A stretch of DNA of 63,153 nt, counting the filler, from Hausera hauseri (lineage: Eukaryota), in NCBI GenBank assembly GCA_046269625.1. It is 12 parts of 12 records of this genome, joined end to end, with 100 filler letters (N's around TTAATTAATTAA, not from the genome) between each part and the next. Parts side by side here need not be neighbours in the genome. Positions count along the whole stretch, not along the records: positions 49,891 to 54,999 come from JBJURY010332603.1; positions 55,100 to 59,073 come from JBJURY010846413.1; positions 59,174 to 63,153 come from JBJURY010842191.1; 9 more parts are not named here. One strand, given 5' to 3'. The number at the start of each line of letters is the position of its first letter. Positions within the stretch are counted from its first letter, which is position 1. Shown in pieces: positions 52,640 to 63,153 of the stretch. The translations under genes were made by a program, and so were the position numbers. Below the pieces are notes generated by a model. That model had not been told where the DNA came from and searched no databases. It worked only from the letters and a program-made list of their open reading frames with translations.

Positions 52640-54999
52640 TTATAACCAAGCATTGATTGTGATTTTAATATAGAATGATTGTGCTGAACAATTTTCACTG
52701 GTACCGAATGCTGTTGAATTGAAATTGGTACCGTGTGAGCTGATCTGCCTTTGTGGTAAAAGGATATTAGTATCTGCGATTTGGGAAGCCGTTCCTTGAG
52801 TTCGAAAACTTTTCGGATAGCTATTATCACTTTTGCCTATCGTATACTGGGACCTGATCTGAAACGTGAAACTGTGTTCGTGTGATACAATCTTGAATTT
52901 ATTTGTATACCGATTATTCCAGTTCACAATGAAGCCAGTTATTGGTGCCGTACGGTCACTTGTATCACGAGATTTCCGGCCTTTCTTATCTCCAGCATTC
53001 GCGAAGAGAAAGGTTGTTTTATGGGCATTGAGTCTCGGATAGTTGGATTTATCAATCCGCGAATTATCCTTGTACCAAATCAAGTTGAATTAGTGAGTTC
53101 AAATATCGAGCCCATTTGTCCCTCAATTTCTGCGTCAGAGTCAAGATCTGGCTCAGGGTTAGCTGAAGTCTCTTTGCTCAACTGACTGTAGTCCCTTTCT
53201 TTTTTGGGAAAGTCCTTTCTCAAAACTTTCAATTTCTCATTAACGTCTCGAACGATGGATAAGGTCGTATTCGGTCGATCTTGCAAGTTATTCAAAAATG
53301 CAACACTTTTATCTAAATCCGTATTTAAATCTTCGAATTGCTTCAAAACATCATAGGGAGGACTCACTTTCTCTGTCCAGTGTTTCTCCCACTAATTAAC
53401 CCGGTTTCGTCTCTGTTTATCTGCAGTTAGACATGTCTCATTGGCTGATTTTTTAATCATTCACAAATGGCAGGAAAAGATTCCGAATATTGCTCCAATA
53501 TTGGTCACATCTACTCTTCATACTATTATGATCATTAATTGTTAGATATACAATAACATAATATTTAATTGGTAGCAACGTGGGTCGGAACCACGCTCTG
53601 CTACCATTTGTTAGAGATACATAATAATATTTATATAAGAAATTCGTTTCGGTTGGGGGATTTAAATAGTATTTAAGTGGTAGACTCGTTTTTATATCAC
53701 ACGGTTTGCTGGGCCCATTTCTAACAAACCTTTTCCTATTGATCATACTACCCGATTCATATGTTCTCCCGTTAGACTCATCCATTTTGAATATCCCCAT
53801 AATCTCCCCATATCCCTTTCCAAATATATAAACATATATAAAACCTTTTAATTCCCCAATTTTCGCAACCGTTAATATCGGAGGGTTGCTCTCCGGGGGA
53901 GCTTCTCCACCATTAATTTTGCTGTAAACTCTCAAACTGATTTTATCAGTCATACAAACCCTGGCAGGGTTCATCATACTAAAAGAACGAAAATGAACCA
54001 CAACGATATTATTCATATAACATTCTAATACCTTTATCATCCTTCCCACTTCAAACGTAAAAGCATCAATAGAGTTCCATTTCTGTATCAAAGTTATGTT
54101 CTGGGTGTTTTTCCATTTAACCATAATTTCGTTTAAATCACAAACATTCATGGAACTGAGCTTTCCAAATAAAGCAATCACGTCTCGACGAATGAGTTTT
54201 TGAACGTATGGTAATTTTAACTGATTACCAATTCCAGAATCTGATAATCTTCTTTTACATATTTTTTCATTAACTTGTGTTTTAGCTTCAGGATTATATT
54301 GAGATATAGACATAGATGTTAATTCTAACACTTTATATCCATTCATTAAATTCATCATCACAAATTTCATTCTTATCACTGGTAAATTGAAATTCATAAT
54401 TTCAGCTTGCGATTCATAAATATTTATCCACTTCATTTTATGCCAAATCGCTGATTCAAAAGTTAAATTTGTAATTTCTAATCGTCAATTTGCAATTATT
54501 CCCAATTCTAAATTCAATTTTTATCATGATCAATTTTAATTTTATATAATCATTCTTATACTGTTATAGCAGCAATGCATTTTGTTCAGCAACTTTAATA
54601 TCTTCCTGATAGCTGCTAAGCTCATTTACTTAATTTCCATTATCAATTTTTTTTAATTCAGTTCATTTTTTTTCATAACTTTCCTTGGCATTTATTGCCA
54701 CACATCCACATATATACAATTTATATACATACTGACAATCCAATCATAATTCACAGTTCTTTTATCCCATTCTGATTGAGATGACAATTTGAACAAAATA
54801 TTAGTTACGAAATACATATTATTATTCCAATGCGTGATCCATAATAATGTTGCCGAGAAAAGTCTGCAAGTTATGGTCATATTTGTTGTTATGTTGATTC
54901 CAAATATATAAATTATTCTCGCTCTTATCCATATCAAAAATCTGTTTATAATCTTTATAGACGTTCTTCTGATTCGGATTAATGAGTGCAAAGACAAAC
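52640..54999 (-). pseudogene. Long unknown ORF region upstream of gag, co-oriented
   Basis: ORFs 53453-54436 (327 aa), 53080-53367 and 52640-53083, plus an interrupted upstream extension. No confident domain. Confidence 0.4.
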
Positions 55000-55099
55000 N
55001 NNNNNNNNNNNNNNNNNNNNNNNNNNNNNNNNNNNNNNNNNNNTTAATTAATTAANNNNNNNNNNNNNNNNNNNNNNNNNNNNNNNNNNNNNNNNNNNN

Positions 55100-56704
55100 G
55101 AAACAGAAATAAATGCAAAGACTTACAAACTAAAAACGCAGGATATCCGATTTGAGGATTATCTGAAAAACAGAGACGATTATTTCTTTTATAAATGGAA
55201 AGTCGGAATAACCGAGTTATATCATAAAATGATAACAAATGATTGTAAATTGGATATGGAAATCATGACGACAAAACTAGCTCTTATTTAAGCTATCCAC
55301 GAGTTAGCATCCCCAATAATTCCTATGAGAGAAGGAATTTTTTGTCGAGTTACCGGTGAAGTACTATTGACATACCAATGTGAGAAAAGAGGTACCAATC
55401 AACGTTGAAGAGAAACGCTGGATTCAGGAACTTCCCGTTATTTACTAGAATATTCCAAGGTTAGCCATGCCACTCACTAGAGTGCTATTAGACAATGCAA
55501 CTGAACCAACAATCTTTAAAGATTGAAAGCAAGCTTAGGAGAACCCATGTTTAGACGTAGCGAAACAGATTGGGTTTGTCTGCCAAATGGAGGTAATACT
55601 GCTGTTCCAAATAAATTAACAGGAACAAATCTCGCAAAAGGGATTACAGACGACAAGTTTCAAAACACCTCATCGAAGGGTACATATAGACCTAATAAAA
55701 TTGAAGCTTTCCGACAATTTCTAGCTTTTTCGCGACAATGCACACATGAATTAAATCGAACCATGGCTTTTGTAGTGGATGACACTCGATACCATGCTAA
55801 ATGGGAATCATTACTTGGCGTAAACCATTATCAGCGAGTAACCACAGAAATATTCTACAAAATTTGCGGAAGATTTTTGATTTTTGGCCAAGCCGCCTCC
55901 GGATACTTAGCAATATATTTTCTGATACAAATGATTAAAGCAGTCATCCAAGCAATAATAAATGGGTATGAAATATTTACATTGAGTGGATTTTCATGTA
56001 AAATACTGACTGCAATCATAACGCCCTTTGGAAAGTTTTTAAAAGCATACAAAGAAAATAGATGGAAATCGGACGTAGAACGCCATGTCGGTTATTATAA
56101 TCGTAAACGAAAAGGAAGGCCTATATTGTTGCAAAAGCAGAAATTAACAAAACCTAATATACGAAGAAATAATTTAGATGATGACGAGCCTAAGGGAGAA
56201 AAAGTACTTTCAGGAACAAACATATATAAGACATATTCAGTCATTAAAGCACCATTGTCTATGCTACCCTCTACCGCTCCAGTCTATGAAGACTGTGACA
56301 AACGATCAATGAGTTCATATAAGACAGAAATCTGTAAAAGGACAATTAGTTTACAAGACCCTTATAAAGGAACGAAACGTTACGGAGTCCTACGGAAAAT
56401 GTGTTATCGACAGCCCCTCGACGACCCCAGAATATTGTATTCCCCGCGAAAACCTCGGTATATAGAAACTAGATCAACTGTCTGGGAAAATCCAAGGTTA
56501 AAAACCTTCCAGAATATAGAACCACACACTAACAATCGAGAACCATTAATTAGTACACATGAAACGGAAGAATTGAACATAGAAAATAATGAACTACATA
56601 CAAACGGAGAACTGAGGCAATTAACGGAAAACATAGTATCCTTCCCAGAAATCCGAATCAACGGACATAAAATATCGGCGACCAAACGTCCAAAAGTTGC
56701 ATAA
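55100..56704 (+). pseudogene. Chuvirus/Monjiviricetes-type (class III, gB-like) fusion glycoprotein, C-terminal half plus long cytoplasmic tail (family B, copy 2)
   Basis: ELYHKMITNDCKLDMEIMTTKLAL, EGIFCRVTGEVLLTYQC, QELPVIY, PLTRVL, SKGTYRPNKIEAFRQFLAF and the membrane region GRFLIFGQAASGYLAIYFLIQMIKAVIQAIINGYEIFTLSGFSCKILTAII follow the order and spacing of chuviral G motifs as recalled. Confidence 0.82.
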
Positions 56705-58430
56705 AACTGTTTTTGAACAGTAATAGAAGGAAGACCTTTCGCCAAAATTATTCTTGAAGATTGGGAAGTTTACGCAATAATAGTTGGATAGTTTTTCCGT
56801 CATGAATTTGCAGTTATGGAACAATTAACTGACGACATAGTTTTGGGATGTGATCTACTAAAATGACTACCAAATATAGCAATTGACTTGCAAACAGGAA
56901 AGTTAATAGAAATCAGACCAAATAAAAATGTAAAGAACGCTAAGGATAGGAAATTTGGAGAAGTGTGGATATTAGTCGATGAAAACATTCCACCGAGAAG
57001 AGATAATAATTTATGCTAAAGTTCAACAATATAACGACCAACCGGTATATTTCGAACCAAAGGAGACATTAAATCCAAATATAGTACTTAGTAGCATACT
57101 GACAAGAGTACATTCCGGTCGTGTACCGATCAGAATACCAAATAATGCACCGACTCCCGTCAAGCTTCATGCTTATACTACTCCAGAAGATACTTATAGA
57201 ATGTCGTCTATAACTATTGAAGAAAAGCCTTATAAGTATGCCGAATTTCCACCTCATGTCGAAACTAAGTTCTCTCCTGAATCTTATTGTCGATTTTATG
57301 AATTATTGTACCGTTATAAATCAGTCATCACTAAAGACGACGAAGATGTTGCTAGAGCGAAAGCACTAAAGTTGACTATTCCTCCTAAGAAAAAGCTCGG
57401 ATCAAATAAAGAAATATATCTCGAGGATCAGAAGATGCCGAAATGGTACCCTCCGCCACATTCACTAAGGCCAGAGATAACGAAGGAAGTTGAACAAATG
57501 TTTAAGGCCGATATAATTAAATCTAGTTATAGATCTGGTATTCAGGCATCCTTATGGTTTTGCATTGATTACAGGGCATTGAATAATCTTATGATGAAAG
57601 ATTCTTTCCCATTACCATCAGTAAAAGAGGCTTTAGACAGACTCTTAGGAGCAAAATGGTTTACCACGCTGGATTTAAAATGCGAATATTGGCAATTAGA
57701 GATCGAGGACGAAGACCGTTATAATACGGCATTCAAAACGCATGATGGTGTTTATAAATTTAACGCCATGCCATTCGGTATTACTACCGGGCCAGCCATA
57801 TTCACGAGAGTGATGAACAAAATGCTAATGGGATTAGACCATGTTCTTGCGTACTTGGATGACGTGATGATAGCGTCAAAGACAGAAGAGAAACATTTAA
57901 AAGATATTGAACACACGCTAATGCGTTTGGAACAAGCCGGATTGAAATTAAATCCGAAGAAATGTAAATGGGCTCAAAACACGGTATCCTACCTTGGCCA
58001 CATAGTTAGAGAAGGAGGATCGAAACCAAATAAATCGTTATTTAACAAAATATCAGATTGCATGGAACCACAAAACCAGAAAGAGTTAAGGCACTGGCTA
58101 GGACTCTGCGGATATTACGCAACCTATGTGCCAGATAATTCAAAAATTAATGCACCTTTATATCGTTTACTTAAAAAAGGAATTAAATGGAAATGGACAG
58201 AAGTCGAACAGAAAGCCTTCAACGAGATGAAGAAGATAATAACAAGCGAACCTGTTTTACGGTACCCACACTTTAACTTACCCTTTATAATCAAGACAGA
58301 CGCCAGTAAAGAACGCATTGGATATGAATTAGCGCAGAAAAGAGAAGATGAAGAATTAGAACACCCAACTGCTTATGGAGGGCGTTCCTTGAAGAAAGCC
58401 GAGAGAAATTACTCTCTTACCATATTATAA
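56705..58430 (+). mobile_element. Ty3/Gypsy family B pol (copy 2): partly deleted protease, RT, RNaseH start
   Basis: IEGRPFAKIILED...VYAII, VLGCDLL, FCIDYRALN, AYLDDVMI, LGLCGYY, IKTDAS, AERNYS. Confidence 0.96.
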
Positions 58431-58433
58431 ACG

Positions 58434-59038
58434 TGTTGTAAATTGGTAGTGAATCACTGCAAATAAGCCGATTGTAAATCGGTTAACTGTGAATAATTGT
58501 TTACAAATATGCTCTGTGAATATTTACAACGTTAAATTAATATTTATGTGACGTTTACAATTAAATTAATATTTATGTGAATATTTACTACGTAAGATTA
58601 GAATGAATTGTAAATATTTACAATGAGAAATTGGCTGTATCAATTTGAAAATGGAAATAAATCAAAATTAATCATATGGAAAATATGAAAAACTGGATAA
58701 TCAATTGTAAATAAAGAAATCAGTGGATATATAAAGCAGTGCATGGAACAATGGAAGTAGTTGTTGAAGTTGTTGTCAAGATACGAAGTCAATTGTTAGT
58801 TTCCATTACTGAAAGCTCTTGTGAAGAAGACAGACGATATTGAAGATAAATCAGTTACCGAGCCAGAGGAGAAGCTCCCGTTATTCGATATTTCCTAAGA
58901 AGGATTCAATTGATTGTGCGATTGCAGAAACGTTTACGACGACTGTATCGTCGGATATGTATTTTGTTGTTTAATATATTTGTGTTGTAAAATTCGTTAT
59001 AGTTTTTCCGTCGCTCTTTAAGAGGGACTTGGACTACA
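58434..59038 (+). repeat. LTR-like/promoter-like block that truncates family B RNaseH
   Basis: Starts TGTTGTA. Repeated (T/G)TTTAC motifs, a duplicated TTAAATTAATATTTATGTGA, TATATAAA at ~58728, possible CTACA end at 59038. Confidence 0.4.
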
Positions 59039-60360
59039 TTAAGGTTTAAATTCTTATAAAATTCATAGTTAAGNNNNNNNNNNNNNNNNNNNNNNNNNNN
59101 NNNNNNNNNNNNNNNNNTTAATTAATTAANNNNNNNNNNNNNNNNNNNNNNNNNNNNNNNNNNNNNNNNNNNNCTTAAACTAATTAAAATTCGTTACGAA
59201 TTAATTGTGAAAGTCATTTTCATTAATGACAAAACACTATTTATTGTAAACTGTATAAATAGGAAGAAAGTGCTGGTATTTTTATGAATTAAAAACATAA
59301 ACGTAATTGCTATTTATCATAAATTGCTGTACAATTCACTAAATATTGAGCAGACTATATTGCTAATAAAAACTGTTTGCTTATTGCAGTTAAAATTTAT
59401 TTTGTGTGCATTGGTAGTAGACTTTATCAAGGCTTAATGAAGCAAAATTTGATAAATCTGAAAGCGAACATGCATAGGACGTCTTATATGGGTAATCCGA
59501 ATGTGACGTCAGATATTCGAAAACGAGTTTACAAACCTAATATTTTTCGAGTTTTTCTCAAAAACTCGGTCAAGCCTTAATTATTCTAAAAATCTGAGTG
59601 CACCAAAACCCTTTGTGGAATCATGATATGTATATATACTTAAAATATATGTAAAACATATACATAAAAATAATACATTTTACAAATAAAGTGAGCTAAA
59701 TTGCTCGGAATCGTCCTTCAATTAGGTCGTAATATTTTTTTCTGAGCTTATACTTAGATGACGAAGACAATAAAATTTAACTCGTGTAACTTGGGAGGTA
59801 GCAGCGCGGGTGTGTTACAGTGAGGATTTTGACATGGAGCATGCTACATCACTAAATTCAATGTTATCATCACTTTAGGCAGATTCGTTTTTATCATCTC
59901 TGGAACATGGCAAGTTTTATCTGTCATCTGGAACGCAACTAGATGAGCCACTTTCATACATTTTCCTTCGTTTTGACGGGTCACTGGTACTTTCATCAGC
60001 CAATTTCATCGTCGTGTATCCAGTTTTACCCTTTTGTGTCCATCTGGGTTTGATACAGTCGTTTATCCTCATTACATAACCAATCACTATTTGTATTCGT
60101 AACATCGAACATTTTCTTTGTTTTAACTACATTAAGCTTTACTGAGTGGTTTGCCTTTGACATAATTATATCAGTTGGGTACGCTTCTGCGAGTCATTAA
60201 CTAAAAATGAAAACAATGAATGATAATTAGGTAAATTCCAGTATAGGTTTGCATAGAACTGAATCAAAACTTACGTGACTTTTGGAATGTGCCGTATATA
60301 CAGATCTTATCAATACCGAAATGCGCAATTAAACTGAATTTACAATTTCATTTACATATG

Positions 60361-60615
60361 TTGGCCGCGGGGGCATCCACGCCGTCCACCTCGTCACCCA
60401 GCTGGAGTAGGGTTGGAAAATCCCCGTCCCCTGGTCTGTTTGCTGAATCAGAATTTGATCGTTTGTAATTGCTCATCGAAAAGTAACAACTGTTGTTGAA
60501 AATGTTTATTAAAATCCAAATTATTTATTTGGTAACAAATTTTCCAAATTCACATCAGATTTTTAATATTACATTTTCAAATTAAAGTTTTAATTTAAAT
60601 TTAAAAATGTTCCTA
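60361..60615 (-). repeat. LTR-like direct repeat, copy 1
   Basis: Homologous to 62411-62680 (shared GCATCCACGCCGTCCAC, TTGGAAAATCCCCG, GATCGTTTGTA). Confidence 0.75.
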
Positions 60616-60619
60616 TCGT

Positions 60620-62408
60620 GTCTATTCGGTGTTTGATGAGAGATGTGCACCCTATGTCCCACTTTTTGGCCATGAATCCTTCTGCGTATTTCTGTATAAT
60701 GTTGAGTAGCTCTGTGTTTTCACGCACCTAAAAAGCTTCCTTCGCCCTGTTGACTCGTTCTTGGTTACTCACCTTACGGCCGAACTTGGCTTCCAGGTTG
60801 CATATATCTTGCTGTAATGTTTCCGTTTCCATGCTTTTCCATCCCAGTTCTATTCCGAATGCCTTTTGCAGATCCACACCATCTATTATTTCTGGGCGTA
60901 ATTCCAACACTACCAGAAATGTCATACGTCTCCTTATACCCTTGATTTCTACGTCTGTTGTAAGTGTGCCCAGGAAATCTAAGGGACTATTGTTCACGCA
61001 TCGCAGTGTGGTATCTGATTTCTCCATGTGTGTGTTTGCAAGTTTATCCACGATCTTTTTGCTTATGACGTTTACCCTGGCCCCTGTGTACAATAAGCAA
61101 CATTCCCATGTCTTGTATCTTTAATTTTATTCCTGGTCGCCCATTAAACTTCCTGTATGATATCTGTTCGACATACAATTAGTCTAGCGTGAAGATCTGC
61201 GTATCTTTCCCACTTTCCTCCATTCCGTTGAAGTATACTTCCTGGAAATTCTCCGTTTTCATAAATTTCCGTACTTTTTCCTGTGTCCTTTTATCCATCA
61301 CCATATCTCCGTGTCCTCTTCTTGACCCGACTATACTGTTTGATATACTACTACTATGGGTGACTGAATTTGTTGTAGTGCCCCGATTTGCTCCACTTCT
61401 CTCGGAGCTCTGCCTTTTGGGGCAACTGACTCCTGTTGCGATTCTGTTTCCTCTTCCTCTACGTTTGCGACGTCCCCTGTCTTCTGTTCAGATTATTGCC
61501 GTACCTTCTTTTCACTTTTTATGTAACCCATCTTGGTTATCTTTTCCCCTCCAGCCTGCTGTAGCACACCTTTTCGGTATGTCCTCTATGGTGGCATCTC
61601 GCACAGCTAAGATTGGTACAATTTCGTCTGATGTCCCCTAGCTGACCACATTCGTAGCATCTTATTGGATTCCTTTCGGGACACTGCCTGCTTATGTATC
61701 CTTTTTTTCCGCATCCAAAACATTTTACCGGTCTCCGTACGGTGCAATATCTGCTCGTATGTCCTTCCTTCTGGCATGTCCAACACTTTAATTGAATATT
61801 TGATGTTCTGGTTTGGATCGTGTTGATTCTAGGAACGGATTTCCTGATATTTTGTGCTGCCACGTCTTGGTAGCTTCTTCTACCGACCCCGGATACTCCT
61901 TAACCGTGTTGACTTCTTCTGTCTTCCGTATTTTCTCCTTTATGGTGTACGCATCTCTTTTGTCACTGAGGCATATCTCTCTTCTTATCTCTCTGTTGTT
62001 ACAACATTTGATCGATTGTTCCACTTTTAGAGACTCGCGTGAAAGATTGTGCTTCATGACTTTATTTAGAAGTTTCTTGATTGTCTGGAAGTAAGCCTCC
62101 GGTTCCTCTCTATTCATTCTGTACTCAAGAGCTTCTTTCAGATCTTCGAACAGCGTTGAGGATCGGGCTAAAGCCTTCCGGAGTCTGTTTTGATACCCTG
62201 TTATTTTCACGACTACTGCCTCGTATCATTCTTGCGCTTTTTCCTCCAAGAAACATTCAACTATGATTTCCCGTTTCGCCGCCGTAGTGTTCATATATTT
62301 AAAGAATTTTTCACATGCTTTAATGAACTTCGCCACGTCGTCGCCTTTCCTGAATTTATTAAGCAACAATTGTTTCGCGAAGATATCCCTTGTGGCGAAA
62401 GTTGCCAT
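60620..62408 (-). mobile_element. Ty3/Gypsy gag and protease (fourth family), RT essentially missing
   Basis: Gag from ATG 62408, four CCHC-type knuckles (61537-61863 ORF), protease LL(Y)TGARVNVIS...IIDGVDL. Confidence 0.9.
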
Positions 62409-62410
62409 TT

Positions 62411-62680
62411 TGGCTGCGTGCGCATCCACGCCGTCCACGTCGTGGCCAAGCTTGAGGAGGATTGGAAAATCCCCGCCCCCTGGTATGTCCGCAGAAGCGG
62501 AATTGGATCGTTTGTAGTTACGCGTTGAAAAGTTAACACCAGTTGTTGAAAATTTTATTATAATCAAAAATACTTATTTGGAAACAAATTTTTCCAAATT
62601 TTCCCAAATTCTAAATTTAAATTATTCTTTTAATATTACACTTTTAAAGTAAATTTTTTTAAAATTTAAAAATATTTCTA
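62411..62680 (-). repeat. LTR-like direct repeat, copy 2 (immediately 5' of gag)
   Basis: Homologous to 60361-60615. Confidence 0.75.
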
Positions 62681-62769
62681 ATTTAAATTTAGAATTTCCG
62701 ATCTCGATTATATCCTCACAGTAAAATAAAATATCAGAACTACGGACTACCAGTAATTCCAAAAAATGT

Positions 62770-63153
62770 TCGGAAAGATTTCATTCGGAGGACACATGTG
62801 GATTTATGCCATCTAGGTTTTAAGAAAACAAAACAACGTATTCAACATCACTTTGCCGTTCCTGGTTTATCAAAAGAAGTAGAATATGTCATTGGAAATT
62901 GTGAAAAATGCTTACCCCCGAAAATCTCAACAGAAAAGACAAAAGAAAAGTTCATTCCTATTAAGAGTGACAAATTTCTGGACCAACTAGTAATGGATAT
63001 TTCGCACGTCGGAGACCAAGATAGCATGTATCCGTATATGTTGGTTATTATTGAGCAGTTTTCAAAGCTGGTGAGTTTAACGGAAATACGGACGCAGAAC
63101 GAAGAAATAGTTATCGAGTGCATGCTGGTGAAATGGATTTTCTGCTTTGGAAA
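62770..63153 (+). mobile_element. LTR-retrotransposon integrase fragment
   Basis: HVDLCHLG...CEKC (HHCC zinc domain), then LVMDI...YMLVIIEQFSKLV...WIFCFG core start. Confidence 0.85.

Noticed and set aside
56316-56340. YKTEICK resembling the lead-in of a CCCH zinc finger
   Set aside because: The remaining Cys/His ligands are absent.
8149-59173. Recurring TTAATTAATTAA palindrome inside N runs, and ORFs containing X runs
   Set aside because: Assembly concatenation linker, not biological. No synteny can be inferred across it.

Overview
This is not one continuous locus. It is 12 unrelated contigs of an AT-rich eukaryotic (invertebrate-like) draft assembly joined by 11 artificial 100-nt linkers (44 N + TTAATTAATTAA + 44 N), so adjacency across linkers means nothing. 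Host genes: a multi-exon GH35 beta-galactosidase with several ~42-50 nt introns (33546-39016, -) and one receptor guanylyl cyclase exon (18421-18613, -). The rest is mostly decayed mobile DNA: six pieces of a CsRn1-clade Ty3/Gypsy family (family A), two copies of a second Gypsy family (family B), other Gypsy fragments, two Polinton/Maverick ends with protein-primed PolB, a Tc1/mariner remnant and MITE-like hairpins. Two architectures stand out. (1) In family B, a chuvirus/Monjiviricetes-type fusion glycoprotein lies upstream of protease-RT-RNaseH. Comparing the two copies indicates it was in the same reading frame, with no recognisable Gag in between (an Env-Pol fusion). (2) In family A, copy-specific sequence, usually with ORF remnants, follows the PPT and a short LTR head. 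In one copy this is an intronless Su(var)3-9/SUV39H-like H3K9 methyltransferase with pre-SET, SET and post-SET motifs and possibly a chromodomain. All protein assignments are by-eye motif recognition; no database search was run.
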